Origin: a virus
Taxonomy: Duplodnaviria > Caudoviricetes
Virus record (IMG/VR): IMGVR_UViG_3300032248_000400
Span: 1 to 64,000 of that record
Strand: one strand, 5' to 3'
DNA: 64,000 nt
The notes beneath the pieces were generated by a model. The model saw nothing but the letters and a program-made list of their open reading frames with translations, had not been told where the DNA came from and searched no databases. Shown in pieces: positions 29,492 through 38,946 of the stretch. The position numbers were made by a program, and so were the translations under genes. Every line of letters begins with the position of its first letter. Position 1 is the stretch's first letter.

Positions 29492-30517
29492 ATGATAAGG
29501 CTTAAAGACTTATTAAAAGAAGATGATGTTGTAAAAAACAAAAAGACAGGTAATGTCTATGTTGTAAAACAATTTGATCCAGCTAAACATGATAAGCCAA
29601 CACCTGCCGAAGTTGAAAAATCAAAAGTAGCAAATGGTGGTAAATTACCAACAAGTGATACGGCAAAACCTGCAGCACAACCTGCAGTAGGAAAAACTGC
29701 ACAACAAGCCCCTCAACAAAAATTAGGAGCTAGTGATTTCAAATCATCAGCTGAGAAACCAAAAAGTTCTAACGGAAGTAATGCGCCTGGTGGTGATATA
29801 AATAAATTGAAAAGTTTAATGCCTAATGCACAGTTTGATAGAAAACCTTTATCAGCGGTATCACCAATTGATAGACAACGGATATCAACAAAGATAGACC
29901 AGTTAGCAAAACTTGGTGCTGAAGCAAAAGCTAAAGGTGAAAAAGCACCTAATTACAATTTATGCAAAGTAACTGTTCCAGGAACAAATTTATATTGTAG
30001 TGGTAATAAAGGCATTCCGAGAGCAGAAATGCCTCAATTCAAAGGAACACCCGAACCCGGATCACCTGCGGATAAACTTCCGAGAGATAATGCAGGTGAA
30101 GTTGATACAGAAGAATTCTTCAAACAAATGTTAGAGAAGGATGGAGTTAACGTATCAGAACCTACTGAAGTTTCTCCAGACCGTTTAAAAGCAACACAGA
30201 GTGAGCTTGTAGGGGTTAAAGTAGCTGGAATGAGTCAAGTATTGGATAATCCTAATCACCCTGCGTATGACAAAATAACCGCACCTATATATGTTTCAAA
30301 TGATGGATATGTATTAGATGGACATCATAGATGGGCAGCATTAGTTGCACATAATGCAAAGAATCCAGATAATCAGATACCAATGAAAGTTAGGGTAATA
30401 GATGAACCAATTGAACCATTAGTAAAACGTTCTAATAAATTCGCAGAAGATATTGGAATTAAAGCAAAAGCAGCCGATACGGGCGCAGCTGGTGGGCCAT
30501 CACCAATATCAAAATAG
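29492..30517 (+). CDS. ParB/Srx-like domain protein with P/A/Q-rich N-terminus
   Basis: LKATQSE, IYVSNDGYVLDGHHRWAAL. Confidence 0.75.
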   Translation: MIRLKDLLKEDDVVKNKKTGNVYVVKQFDPAKHDKPTPAEVEKSKVANGGKLPTSDTAKPAAQPAVGKTAQQAPQQKLGASDFKSSAEKPKSSNGSNAPGGDINKLKSLMPNAQFDRKPLSAVSPIDRQRISTKIDQLAKLGAEAKAKGEKAPNYNLCKVTVPGTNLYCSGNKGIPRAEMPQFKGTPEPGSPADKLPRDNAGEVDTEEFFKQMLEKDGVNVSEPTEVSPDRLKATQSELVGVKVAGMSQVLDNPNHPAYDKITAPIYVSNDGYVLDGHHRWAALVAHNAKNPDNQIPMKVRVIDEPIEPLVKRSNKFAEDIGIKAKAADTGAAGGPSPISK

Positions 30518-30565
30518 ATATTTTTAAAAATAAGGTTATATTTATACTAAATAAAACATATAACC

Positions 30566-31405
30566 ATGATATTAAAAAAAGGCGATAATAACGAAAACGT
30601 AAAATTGATGCAGGAGAAACTTGGTATATCTCCAGCAGTAACAAACTTCGGACCTAAAACCGAAGCAGCAGTAAAAGAATTTCAAGCAAAAAACGGATTG
30701 CCAGCAGATGGTATCGTAGGTGATAAAACTTGGGCTATGATTATGTCGCAAGGACAATTTCAACCCAAAGAAGTTGTAGTTGCACCTGTTGTATCAACAG
30801 GCGGACTAAAATTAGATAAATTAAAAGGACATATTCCTGATGCAGTTATTGGAATGATACCTGCAGTAGCACAAAAGTTTCAAATAGATTCTGCATTGAG
30901 ATTAGCACACTTTTTAGCACAATGTGGACATGAAAGTGGTGGATTCCGTGCAACACAAGAAAATCTAAACTATTCAGCAAAGGGATTAATGGGTATATTT
31001 AAAAAATATTTCCCAGATGCAGCAACTGCGGCAGCTTACGAAAGAAAGCCAGAAAAGATTGCGAATAAAGTATATGCAAATAGAATGGGTAATGGACTCG
31101 AATCAAGTGGTGAAGGATATAAATTTCGTGGTCGGGGATATATCCAATTGACAGGAAAGGATAACTATACAGCATTTGGTAAATCAATCGGTGAAGATAT
31201 TCCATCTAATCCAGATGTAGTAGCATCTAAATATGCATTACTATCGGCTGCATGGTTCTTTAATAAGAATGGATTACATAAGATGGCAGATGAAGGTGCA
31301 AGTGATGTAGTTGTAACAAAAATTACTAAACGAGTTAATGGTGGAACAATTGGATTACCAGATAGGATAAAACATTTCAAAGAGTATTACGAATTATTAT
31401 CTTAA
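30566..31405 (+). CDS. endolysin: PG-binding domain plus GH19 domain
   Basis: FGPKTEAAVKEFQ...ADGIVGDKTW; HFLAQCGHESGG, FRGRGYIQLTG, VNGG..GL.DR. Confidence 0.93.
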   Translation: MILKKGDNNENVKLMQEKLGISPAVTNFGPKTEAAVKEFQAKNGLPADGIVGDKTWAMIMSQGQFQPKEVVVAPVVSTGGLKLDKLKGHIPDAVIGMIPAVAQKFQIDSALRLAHFLAQCGHESGGFRATQENLNYSAKGLMGIFKKYFPDAATAAAYERKPEKIANKVYANRMGNGLESSGEGYKFRGRGYIQLTGKDNYTAFGKSIGEDIPSNPDVVASKYALLSAAWFFNKNGLHKMADEGASDVVVTKITKRVNGGTIGLPDRIKHFKEYYELLS

Positions 31406-31424
31406 AGTTAAGTTAACAATAATA

Positions 31425-32111
31425 ATGAATCAACAATTAACTATAATTATCCCTTGTAAAAATGAAGGTAAAGGAATAATTGACGTAGTTAAATTAATTT
31501 TATCGCAAATTGATTGCAGAATAATAGTAGCTGATTCCTCAACTGAGGAATCTTCTATTTTGATATTAACAACATATCAATCAACTCATAACAATATAGA
31601 AATAATTAAAGGTGGATTACCCGCTATTGCTAGAAATAATGGAGCAAAATTAGTTACAACTCCTTATATTTTATTTTTAGATGCAGATACATACCCAGAA
31701 CAAAATACAATTAAAAATTCTATTGAAATTGCTATTAATTATAATTATGATTTAGTTACTTGCAAATTTAAAACTGATAAAAAATATAATTGGGTATATA
31801 GAATTTTTGATTTAATACAATGGTTTAGTTCAAAAACCAAACCATTTGCATTGGGAGGTTTTATGTTATTTAAAACAGAAGTATTTAATAAATTAGGAGG
31901 ATTTAATGAAGAAGATAAAATTGCAGAAGATTATCACATCAGTTCCAAAATTAAACCTAATCGTTTTAAAATCACAAATGATTTCGTTTATACTCCAAGT
32001 AGAAGATTTCATAAAAAAGGTATATGGTATATGATTGTATTAGCTTACAAATCATGGTTAAATAGAAATAATGATGAATTTTTTAAACAAGATTTTAACT
32101 ATTGGAAATGA
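31425..32111 (+). CDS. GT2-family glycosyltransferase
   Basis: IIIPCKNE, ARNNGA, LFLDAD, GGF.E...AED, SRRF. Confidence 0.9.
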   Translation: MNQQLTIIIPCKNEGKGIIDVVKLILSQIDCRIIVADSSTEESSILILTTYQSTHNNIEIIKGGLPAIARNNGAKLVTTPYILFLDADTYPEQNTIKNSIEIAINYNYDLVTCKFKTDKKYNWVYRIFDLIQWFSSKTKPFALGGFMLFKTEVFNKLGGFNEEDKIAEDYHISSKIKPNRFKITNDFVYTPSRRFHKKGIWYMIVLAYKSWLNRNNDEFFKQDFNYWK

Positions 32112-32854
32112 AAAATTACAGAGCAATAATTGTATCGGATTTACATTTAGGAACTAAAGACTCTAAAGCTGAAGAATTTTTAGAATTTTTAGAAAAACAT
32201 CCTACGGATCTTTTAATTTTAAATGGAGATATAATTGATGGCTGGGCATTGAACAGAGGAAGTAAGTGGAAAAAACAACATACTAAAGTATTAGGTAAAA
32301 TTTTAAAACTATCCAATAAAATACAAGTAATTTGGATTAGAGGTAATCACGATGAATTTATTCAGGAATTTATAGGATCACATTTTGGAGGCATAGAATT
32401 TAGAGAAGATTATAAAATTGAATATGCTGAACACATAGAATACGATAATTGGGAAAGAAAATGTTTTTATGTTTTTCATGGTGATGTGATTGATGTATTT
32501 ATAACCAAATATACGTGGTTATCTAAAATAGGAGCAGTTGGATATGATGTGGCATTAACTCTCAATCGTTGGTACAACAAATATCGTAAATGGCGTAAGT
32601 TACCATATCAATCTATATCTCAAAAAATAAAAAGTAGTGTAAAAACAGCAACAAACTATGTTAATGATTTTGAAGTAACTGCGCTTAAAATGGCAGAAAA
32701 AAAAGGATGTGATGGTGTTATTTGTGGACATATTCACCAACCAGAAGATAGAATTATTAATGGCAAACGATATCTCAATAGTGGAGATTGGGTAGAAAAT
32801 ATGAGTGCTATACTTATTGATACATATGGAAAAATTTACATCTATAATAATTAA
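32102..32854 (+). CDS. metallophosphoesterase, PlcP/LpxH-like
   Basis: SDLHLG, GDIIDGW, GNHDE, HGD, CGHIH, NSGDWVE. Confidence 0.88.
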   Translation: MEMKNYRAIIVSDLHLGTKDSKAEEFLEFLEKHPTDLLILNGDIIDGWALNRGSKWKKQHTKVLGKILKLSNKIQVIWIRGNHDEFIQEFIGSHFGGIEFREDYKIEYAEHIEYDNWERKCFYVFHGDVIDVFITKYTWLSKIGAVGYDVALTLNRWYNKYRKWRKLPYQSISQKIKSSVKTATNYVNDFEVTALKMAEKKGCDGVICGHIHQPEDRIINGKRYLNSGDWVENMSAILIDTYGKIYIYNN

Positions 32855-32857
32855 ACT

Positions 32858-32983
32858 ATGTATAAAATTTTAGATTTACTATTAAATTTCAACACAGGTA
32901 AAAAAATTAATTTTGAAAGAAGTATAGTATGGGGATTTATTATATTCTTTTTACTTTTTGCTTTGATTAAATTAATTGTATAA
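32858..32983 (+). CDS. 41 aa membrane peptide
   Basis: Hand-translated; C-term hydrophobic helix IVWGFIIFFFTFALIKLIV. Confidence 0.5.
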   Translation: MYKILDLLLNFNTGKKINFERSIVWGFIIFFLLFALIKLIV

Positions 32984-32987
32984 TTTA

Positions 32988-33019
32988 TTTGGTATATTAA
33001 AAAATTATTATTATATTAG
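32988..33019 (+). promoter_or_regulatory. Bacteroidota-type promoter
   Basis: TTTG 32988, N20, TATATTAG 33012. Confidence 0.5.
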
Positions 33020-33023
33020 TGTT

Positions 33024-33212
33024 ATGGAAAAATTTAAAATAACACTTAATGTAATAGTAGTTACATCAGTAATTGGATTGGCAGTATCATACGTTAGTCA
33101 GTTGTTGACTATTGTACCTGATATTAATTTTTTGGAAGCAGTTGGAATTTATTGTTTATGGACACCCATACATCATTATTTCAATTCATTTTCACAAAAA
33201 GATAATATCTAA
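33024..33212 (+). CDS. small 2-TM protein
   Basis: Start trimmed to ATG 33024; two hydrophobic segments. Confidence 0.55.
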   Translation: MEKFKITLNVIVVTSVIGLAVSYVSQLLTIVPDINFLEAVGIYCLWTPIHHYFNSFSQKDNI

Positions 33213-33261
33213 ACTGAAATATTTGGTTCTTTTTTTATACTTATAGTAGAGAATAACTACT

Positions 33262-33915
33262 ATGAAACAAAAAGTAACCGCACTGGCTATAAGCCTAAAG
33301 GAGAAACTATTACACACGTTTCTCATATCTGTCCTATTATTTGTAATAGGAGCATTAGCATTTCAATTATTTTTTGTATTTTTAGAAATTACGGGTAAAA
33401 CCGAATTTGCTTCACAAATCTCTAAAGAAATAAGCTGGAGAATGGATGGTACATTTAAAAACAATCCAAATAATATTTCCTATGTAGCAGAGAATCATAT
33501 TTGGGTTGAGAGTGTAACCAATGAAGTAAAAATTGGAAAATTAGCAGGAAATAGAAACTTAGCATTTGGTGTTAAAAATGTATTAGAGGAGTTTTTACAA
33601 GAGAAGGGGTATGATTTAACCCCTGCAGCTCCTTACAAATTACAAGTTCAAATTGTATATTTAGATGTTCTTACTACAAAAAAGAACATATCGGTTTTTC
33701 ATAAAAATGAGGAAGAAGTTGTTATCAGAATGAAGGGTATCCTTTATAAAGATGGCAAAAAAGATAAAGAGGTTATGATTGAAGAAAGTTCATCAGAAAT
33801 CTCTATGTCAACTCTCATAGTAGATGAAGGTGGAAAGTTCAATCAGACTTCATTGAGCAATGCTCTTAAAAAAGGTTCTGAAAAACTAATCACTAAACTA
33901 CTAGAACAAAAATGA
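33262..33915 (+). CDS. membrane-anchored CsgG/LptE-fold-like protein
   Basis: N-term TM helix; LAFGVKNVLEEFL and KFNQTSLSNALKK match 40041. Confidence 0.55.
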   Translation: MKQKVTALAISLKEKLLHTFLISVLLFVIGALAFQLFFVFLEITGKTEFASQISKEISWRMDGTFKNNPNNISYVAENHIWVESVTNEVKIGKLAGNRNLAFGVKNVLEEFLQEKGYDLTPAAPYKLQVQIVYLDVLTTKKNISVFHKNEEEVVIRMKGILYKDGKKDKEVMIEESSSEISMSTLIVDEGGKFNQTSLSNALKKGSEKLITKLLEQK

Positions 33916-35576
33916 AAAAACTATTATTAAGTTTGTCACTAATTTTAACAACATTTGTGACAAATGCGCAATTAACTGTCAATCAATCTGTAACACCAAC
34001 GACTGGATTAAAAGTGGGTGATACAATTTCTGTTAAATACACCATTGCAAAATCAACAACAACACCTCGTTATTTTTGGTTAAGGTATCAGTATAATAAT
34101 AAGGCTTTGACATTTGTTCCTAATAGCACTACATTTACACAGGGAACATCCGTTCAAACATATTATACACTTTGGAATAATTACAAATTCAATGCAAACG
34201 GAACCAAAGCGGCAACTCAGTTGTATGAGCAATACAAATTATCACCTTGGGGATATACATCTAATGTCGATTGGAATGCCGCACAAATAACTATTCAAAG
34301 AACGGATGCATCCATTGATGGTGATGCGGTAACTCAAAAATATATAATCAAAGATTTAGGTGATTATACTGATATTCATAAATTGGACTTATCTTATTCT
34401 ATTGATGCAGCTGGAGCATACATTTCCACAATTACAACAAATCCTGGTACCCTATCCCTATCAAATGTAATTGGTAATAGTTCTCAATTCAAAGTTAGAG
34501 TTTTATTTCCACAAGGATACGATATAAGTGCACATAGTGTTTCATTGATACCATTAACGACTACTGGTAATGTCAATTTGGCAGGAACACCTATTGCAAC
34601 AAAAACATTAGATGGTAGTGGTGAGGCGATTTTTACAACTGAAGTTAAAGTTGGTGATAGTTTAGCTGTAGTTGTAAATGCGGCATCTCAAAAAACGTTT
34701 ATGAATAATATCGTAACTGTATCGGATGCATATAAAGCATTCTTAGGAATATCTCAAACCGATATAATGGGAAATTCTACTTATTTTACAAGACCAGTTT
34801 TAGAAAAGAAAATTGCATATATAACAAAAGATAAGCCAGCATTTAGTGAAAGTGACTCATATTATATGTTCGCATATGTTATGGGAATTGATGTTGCAAA
34901 TAAAGCATACATACCAACAAATGCAGCACCTATAAATAATGTTGCAAATTATAAATGGTATAGTGGTTTGTTGAATGATAGTTGGTTAAATGGTACACCT
35001 ACATATAAAACAAAGATTACATCACCAATTCAAGCAGTTGATGCTGTATTTGCATGGGGTGGTGACTTAGATTGGTCTCACTCATCTGACCCAACTGAAA
35101 TAGCAGCTAGAATTGCAAGTGGTAACTATTCTAATTCAGCAAATAAGTTAGTTATTAATTCAATCAAATCAAGCGCTTATACATCTATGGAATATCAACA
35201 ACCTGTTTTAGAAAAAGCAACCCTGTCAGTTGCATCTAAATTGGAAAATGGTAAGGTTGTATTAATGACTACTTTAACAAAAGAAGGTTTAGCAGGATTG
35301 CAAGTTATTATGAACTACGATGATAGTAAATTATCATTAGATAATGTAGTATTTGATGCAGGTAGTTCAATAACAAACTTTTCAACTCATAACAATGGTA
35401 GGTTGACATTTGGTTCTATTGACCAATTAAAAACAGCTAGAATAAAAACTGGTACACCATACAAATTGATATTTACACCAAAGGAAACATTATCCAATAC
35501 ATCTGGATTGTTTTACTTTGTATTATCTGATGCAGTTGATGCAAACGGAAACAAGATTAATTTAATAATTGAGTAA
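33912..35576 (+). CDS. exported protein: cohesin-like, dockerin-like, cohesin-like
   Basis: SPI signal ending TNA-Q; KVGDTISV..RYQYNNKAL; IVTVSDAY; C-term LAGLQVIMNYDDSKL...DAVDANG. Confidence 0.65.
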   Translation: MKKLLLSLSLILTTFVTNAQLTVNQSVTPTTGLKVGDTISVKYTIAKSTTTPRYFWLRYQYNNKALTFVPNSTTFTQGTSVQTYYTLWNNYKFNANGTKAATQLYEQYKLSPWGYTSNVDWNAAQITIQRTDASIDGDAVTQKYIIKDLGDYTDIHKLDLSYSIDAAGAYISTITTNPGTLSLSNVIGNSSQFKVRVLFPQGYDISAHSVSLIPLTTTGNVNLAGTPIATKTLDGSGEAIFTTEVKVGDSLAVVVNAASQKTFMNNIVTVSDAYKAFLGISQTDIMGNSTYFTRPVLEKKIAYITKDKPAFSESDSYYMFAYVMGIDVANKAYIPTNAAPINNVANYKWYSGLLNDSWLNGTPTYKTKITSPIQAVDAVFAWGGDLDWSHSSDPTEIAARIASGNYSNSANKLVINSIKSSAYTSMEYQQPVLEKATLSVASKLENGKVVLMTTLTKEGLAGLQVIMNYDDSKLSLDNVVFDAGSSITNFSTHNNGRLTFGSIDQLKTARIKTGTPYKLIFTPKETLSNTSGLFYFVLSDAVDANGNKINLIIE

Positions 35577-37881
35577 GATGAAACAATTTGTTACTATTTT
35601 ATTTTTGTTAATTTCTTATTTAGGGTTTGGACAGTCTGTAACTGCTCCAGACCCTAAAACATATATTCTAAATACAACTGCACAAGATGGTAGTGGATTT
35701 GTATTGAGTGGGTTTAATGGTAGTGATATATTACTAACATCAATAAGTTTAATTAACCCATCAACAAATACAACATTTTATTTAAACACTACTACGGGAT
35801 TGACTGCGGCAATAGGATTTACATTGACCGGTAATAAAACTAGATTGGTGGTTACCGGAACAATGGTAAATATTAATACAGCATTGGCATCGTTAAAAAT
35901 TAATACGGGTTTAGTAAGTGGTGATGTAAACATATCAGTAGCAGCAACGGTAAATCCAACGGGATACTATTACAATGGAGTAAATGGGCATTTTTATAAA
36001 CCCGTATCAACCGGTGTATATTATTCAAATGCAAAAATAAATGCACATGCTACTACATTTAAAGGACAAGAAGGGTATTTATTAACACTTACATCTGCGA
36101 ATGAAGAAGATTTTATAAAATTAAATGTTCCACAAAATAATATTTGGTTTGCGGCAACTGATAAAGTAACTGATGGAACTTGGGTGATAGATGACGGGCC
36201 TGAAATTGGTACAGTAATGAAAACACAAAACGGACAACTTAACGGAAATATTGCAGGTGTATATAATAACTGGTGTGGCGGTGAACCAAATGGTAGTAAT
36301 CATAGTGAAGATTATCCCGTAGCAAAATGGAATGGTGCGGCTTGCTGGAATGATTTATCAAATAACTGGAATAATCCATATGTAATTGAATATGGAACTT
36401 GGAGCAACCCTGATGATGCAACATTTAGTGAATTTTATACTAACAGTGTATCTCATTCAAACGGAGAAACATTAAAAGCATTATTCACTTTTGATTTTGG
36501 AAGTGGTATAGATAAAACTAAATTCTTAGCACAGGTGTTTAAAAGAAATAATTTAACTTCTGCATGGCAATCAACAACTGGATATAAAGCATTGAGTGGT
36601 TTAGGTAAAATCTTTGTTTCAAATCAATTAGATACAGCAAAAATAGCATCTGGAACATATAAAGCAACTATATCACCAGTTGGAGCGGAATGGGCATATG
36701 TAAATCCAAATTTAACTTTTTTGAATGGTAATAGTAGATTATTGATTGATATGAGGCAAGTTGGTAATATAGACCCAACTAAAATACTAAACATAAAAAT
36801 ATTAGATGCATATGATGGACCGGTTACATATGTATCACATGATACTAATGGTTGGGCGATATATACCGTCCCATCACCATTAACAAAAGTAACCGATGGA
36901 ACTTCTGCATATAACCAATATATTAGAAATGTAAATGGAACAAATTCTGATTACGCTTTTCAATGTTCAGTTGGCATTGTACAACAAAATTCATACAAAC
37001 AACATAAATTAGAATTACAAGAATACGATAGTATACAATTAAAAACTTTGTATAATAGTATTGTGACTGTATCGGATGTTTATTTGGCATTTAAAGAATT
37101 AGCAAATAGTGGAATTATGGGTAACCAAACTGGTAATGAATTTACATATGGTATTCAATATAAAAACGCAGATATTAATAATGATAATGTATTTAATGAA
37201 GCCGATTGTTTTATATTATTACAAAACTTAATGGGTGTTAAAAATTTAATTAGTTCATATACTTTATCTAATACAATACATCTATACCCACAATCTACAT
37301 ATTACTCAATTGGTAAATCTAATTGGAATACATACTCATCTTATTTAGGAACTGCGTATCCATTTAATTTATTAAATAATGTAGTGAATTATGATTTTGA
37401 TGTATCAGTAGCATGGAAAGGTGATGTAAATTTATCACATTCACCAACTCCGCCATCAAATGGTGTAACAACAACTTCGGCATATGGAATAAAATCAAAA
37501 GTTATTAGTAATGAAATCAATGCATCAATTTTGACTGAAATAGTAGGTGATAGTGTTTATGCATATATTACATTAGACCCATTACAACAAAATGTAGTAG
37601 GCACACAATTTCAATTAAATTATGATAATGTAATGCTAAAGTTTAGTAATGTAAAATTTATAACAAAAGGTGCACCAATGAATTATGCAAATAATACTGG
37701 AACTTATGTTAATATTGGGTCTTTAATTACTGATGGTGCATCGATATTAGATAATAAAACGCAATATAAGATAGTATTCTCAGCAAAAGAAAAAATAGAA
37801 AATGTATTGGGGTTGATTTCAATAGGAATAACCGATGCTGTTAATCAAATTGGTTCACAATTAAAAATAAGAATGAACTAA
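35569..37881 (+). CDS. exported protein: C-type lectin, dockerin-like, cohesin-like
   Basis: Signal ending GFG-Q; GHFY...YL.T.TSANE..F...W...TD...GTW...YNNW.GGEPN...WNDL; ADINNDNVFNEAD; GTQFQLNYD. Confidence 0.78.
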   Translation: MSKMKQFVTILFLLISYLGFGQSVTAPDPKTYILNTTAQDGSGFVLSGFNGSDILLTSISLINPSTNTTFYLNTTTGLTAAIGFTLTGNKTRLVVTGTMVNINTALASLKINTGLVSGDVNISVAATVNPTGYYYNGVNGHFYKPVSTGVYYSNAKINAHATTFKGQEGYLLTLTSANEEDFIKLNVPQNNIWFAATDKVTDGTWVIDDGPEIGTVMKTQNGQLNGNIAGVYNNWCGGEPNGSNHSEDYPVAKWNGAACWNDLSNNWNNPYVIEYGTWSNPDDATFSEFYTNSVSHSNGETLKALFTFDFGSGIDKTKFLAQVFKRNNLTSAWQSTTGYKALSGLGKIFVSNQLDTAKIASGTYKATISPVGAEWAYVNPNLTFLNGNSRLLIDMRQVGNIDPTKILNIKILDAYDGPVTYVSHDTNGWAIYTVPSPLTKVTDGTSAYNQYIRNVNGTNSDYAFQCSVGIVQQNSYKQHKLELQEYDSIQLKTLYNSIVTVSDVYLAFKELANSGIMGNQTGNEFTYGIQYKNADINNDNVFNEADCFILLQNLMGVKNLISSYTLSNTIHLYPQSTYYSIGKSNWNTYSSYLGTAYPFNLLNNVVNYDFDVSVAWKGDVNLSHSPTPPSNGVTTTSAYGIKSKVISNEINASILTEIVGDSVYAYITLDPLQQNVVGTQFQLNYDNVMLKFSNVKFITKGAPMNYANNTGTYVNIGSLITDGASILDNKTQYKIVFSAKEKIENVLGLISIGITDAVNQIGSQLKIRMN

Positions 37882-38228
37882 TGAGGATTATTACGATTAT
37901 ATTATTTTTTCTTATATCATTATCAGCTTGTAAAAAAGTAGATATTATAATACCAAAAAAACCCATTACTAATATCTTTGATAATAACGAAGTGAGTATA
38001 AAGAATGGGCAGGAAATACAATTTGAATTAATAAAAGATGGAATATATACATTAACTTTAGGTGATGAAATAGGCAATCAAGTTTTGACAAGAGAAAGAT
38101 TTAATGGAAAAATTGGAATAAATAAAATGAAAATATACACCAAATCAATCTCAATTAAATATTTATATTTGTTATTAGAAGATGAAACTAAAACCAAAAT
38201 TGGAAAAACAACAATAATAATCAATTAA
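37881..38228 (+). CDS. lipoprotein resembling a stand-alone T9SS CTD
   Basis: Lipobox LSAC; beta-rich small domain ending K.TIIIN. Confidence 0.55.
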   Translation: MRIITIILFFLISLSACKKVDIIIPKKPITNIFDNNEVSIKNGQEIQFELIKDGIYTLTLGDEIGNQVLTRERFNGKIGINKMKIYTKSISIKYLYLLLEDETKTKIGKTTIIIN

Positions 38229-38229
38229 A

Positions 38230-38595
38230 ATGAAAAAAGTATTTTTAGTAGTGTTCGCATTAGTATTTTTATTTGGATGCAGAAAAATGGATATTCCCGT
38301 TATACCTGAAATAAATAAAGAACTTAACATTGAAGCTGCAGTTGGATTAAAGCTACAATCACCATTTGTAACAGAAGAAGTTGTTATGAATGTAAAAAGT
38401 GATGTGGCACAATCGGTTACTATTAAAATATTTGACATCGCTAATAGAGTAGTATCCAAAGAAACTATGAATGTAAACGTAGGTGATAATATACTAAAAG
38501 TATACACCAAAATACTACCTTCATCAGCATACAGAATTGGACTTTACAGCACTAAAGGAAGTGAGTTAGGTATAACCGATTTTAACAAATTGTAA
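38230..38595 (+). CDS. lipoprotein resembling a stand-alone T9SS type A CTD
   Basis: Lipobox LFGC; PFVTEE, VTIKIFDIANRVV, GDN, LPSSAYRI. Confidence 0.65.
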   Translation: MKKVFLVVFALVFLFGCRKMDIPVIPEINKELNIEAAVGLKLQSPFVTEEVVMNVKSDVAQSVTIKIFDIANRVVSKETMNVNVGDNILKVYTKILPSSAYRIGLYSTKGSELGITDFNKL

Positions 38596-38613
38596 ACTAA
38601 AAAAACAAATAAA

Positions 38614-38922
38614 ATGGCAGAAGAAGTAGAACAAGAATCAACCGGTAAATCATTTAAGAATATCATTATCGGTTTAGTAAGTACAGTAACATTAGGCATT
38701 GGTGGATTTATCACAAACAAATTAACAGGTGGTGATGATGAAAAAGCACCAGTACAACAAGCAGCACCAGTAATTAATATTCAAAATAACCAAACTCAAC
38801 AAGCGGGTGGTGGTAAAACTGTAATCATCAACAAAGGTGGTGATACTAAACCAACACAACCTGTAGTTAAACCTAAGAAGAAAGAAGGTGATGAGTTTAA
38901 AGAGAAAGAGCCTGAATGGTAG
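38614..38922 (+). CDS. bitopic membrane protein with Q/P/K-rich tail
   Basis: TM IIIGLVSTVTLGIGGFI. Confidence 0.65.
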   Translation: MAEEVEQESTGKSFKNIIIGLVSTVTLGIGGFITNKLTGGDDEKAPVQQAAPVINIQNNQTQQAGGGKTVIINKGGDTKPTQPVVKPKKKEGDEFKEKEPEW

Positions 38923-38946
38923 TTTAACTTATAAAAAATTATAAAA

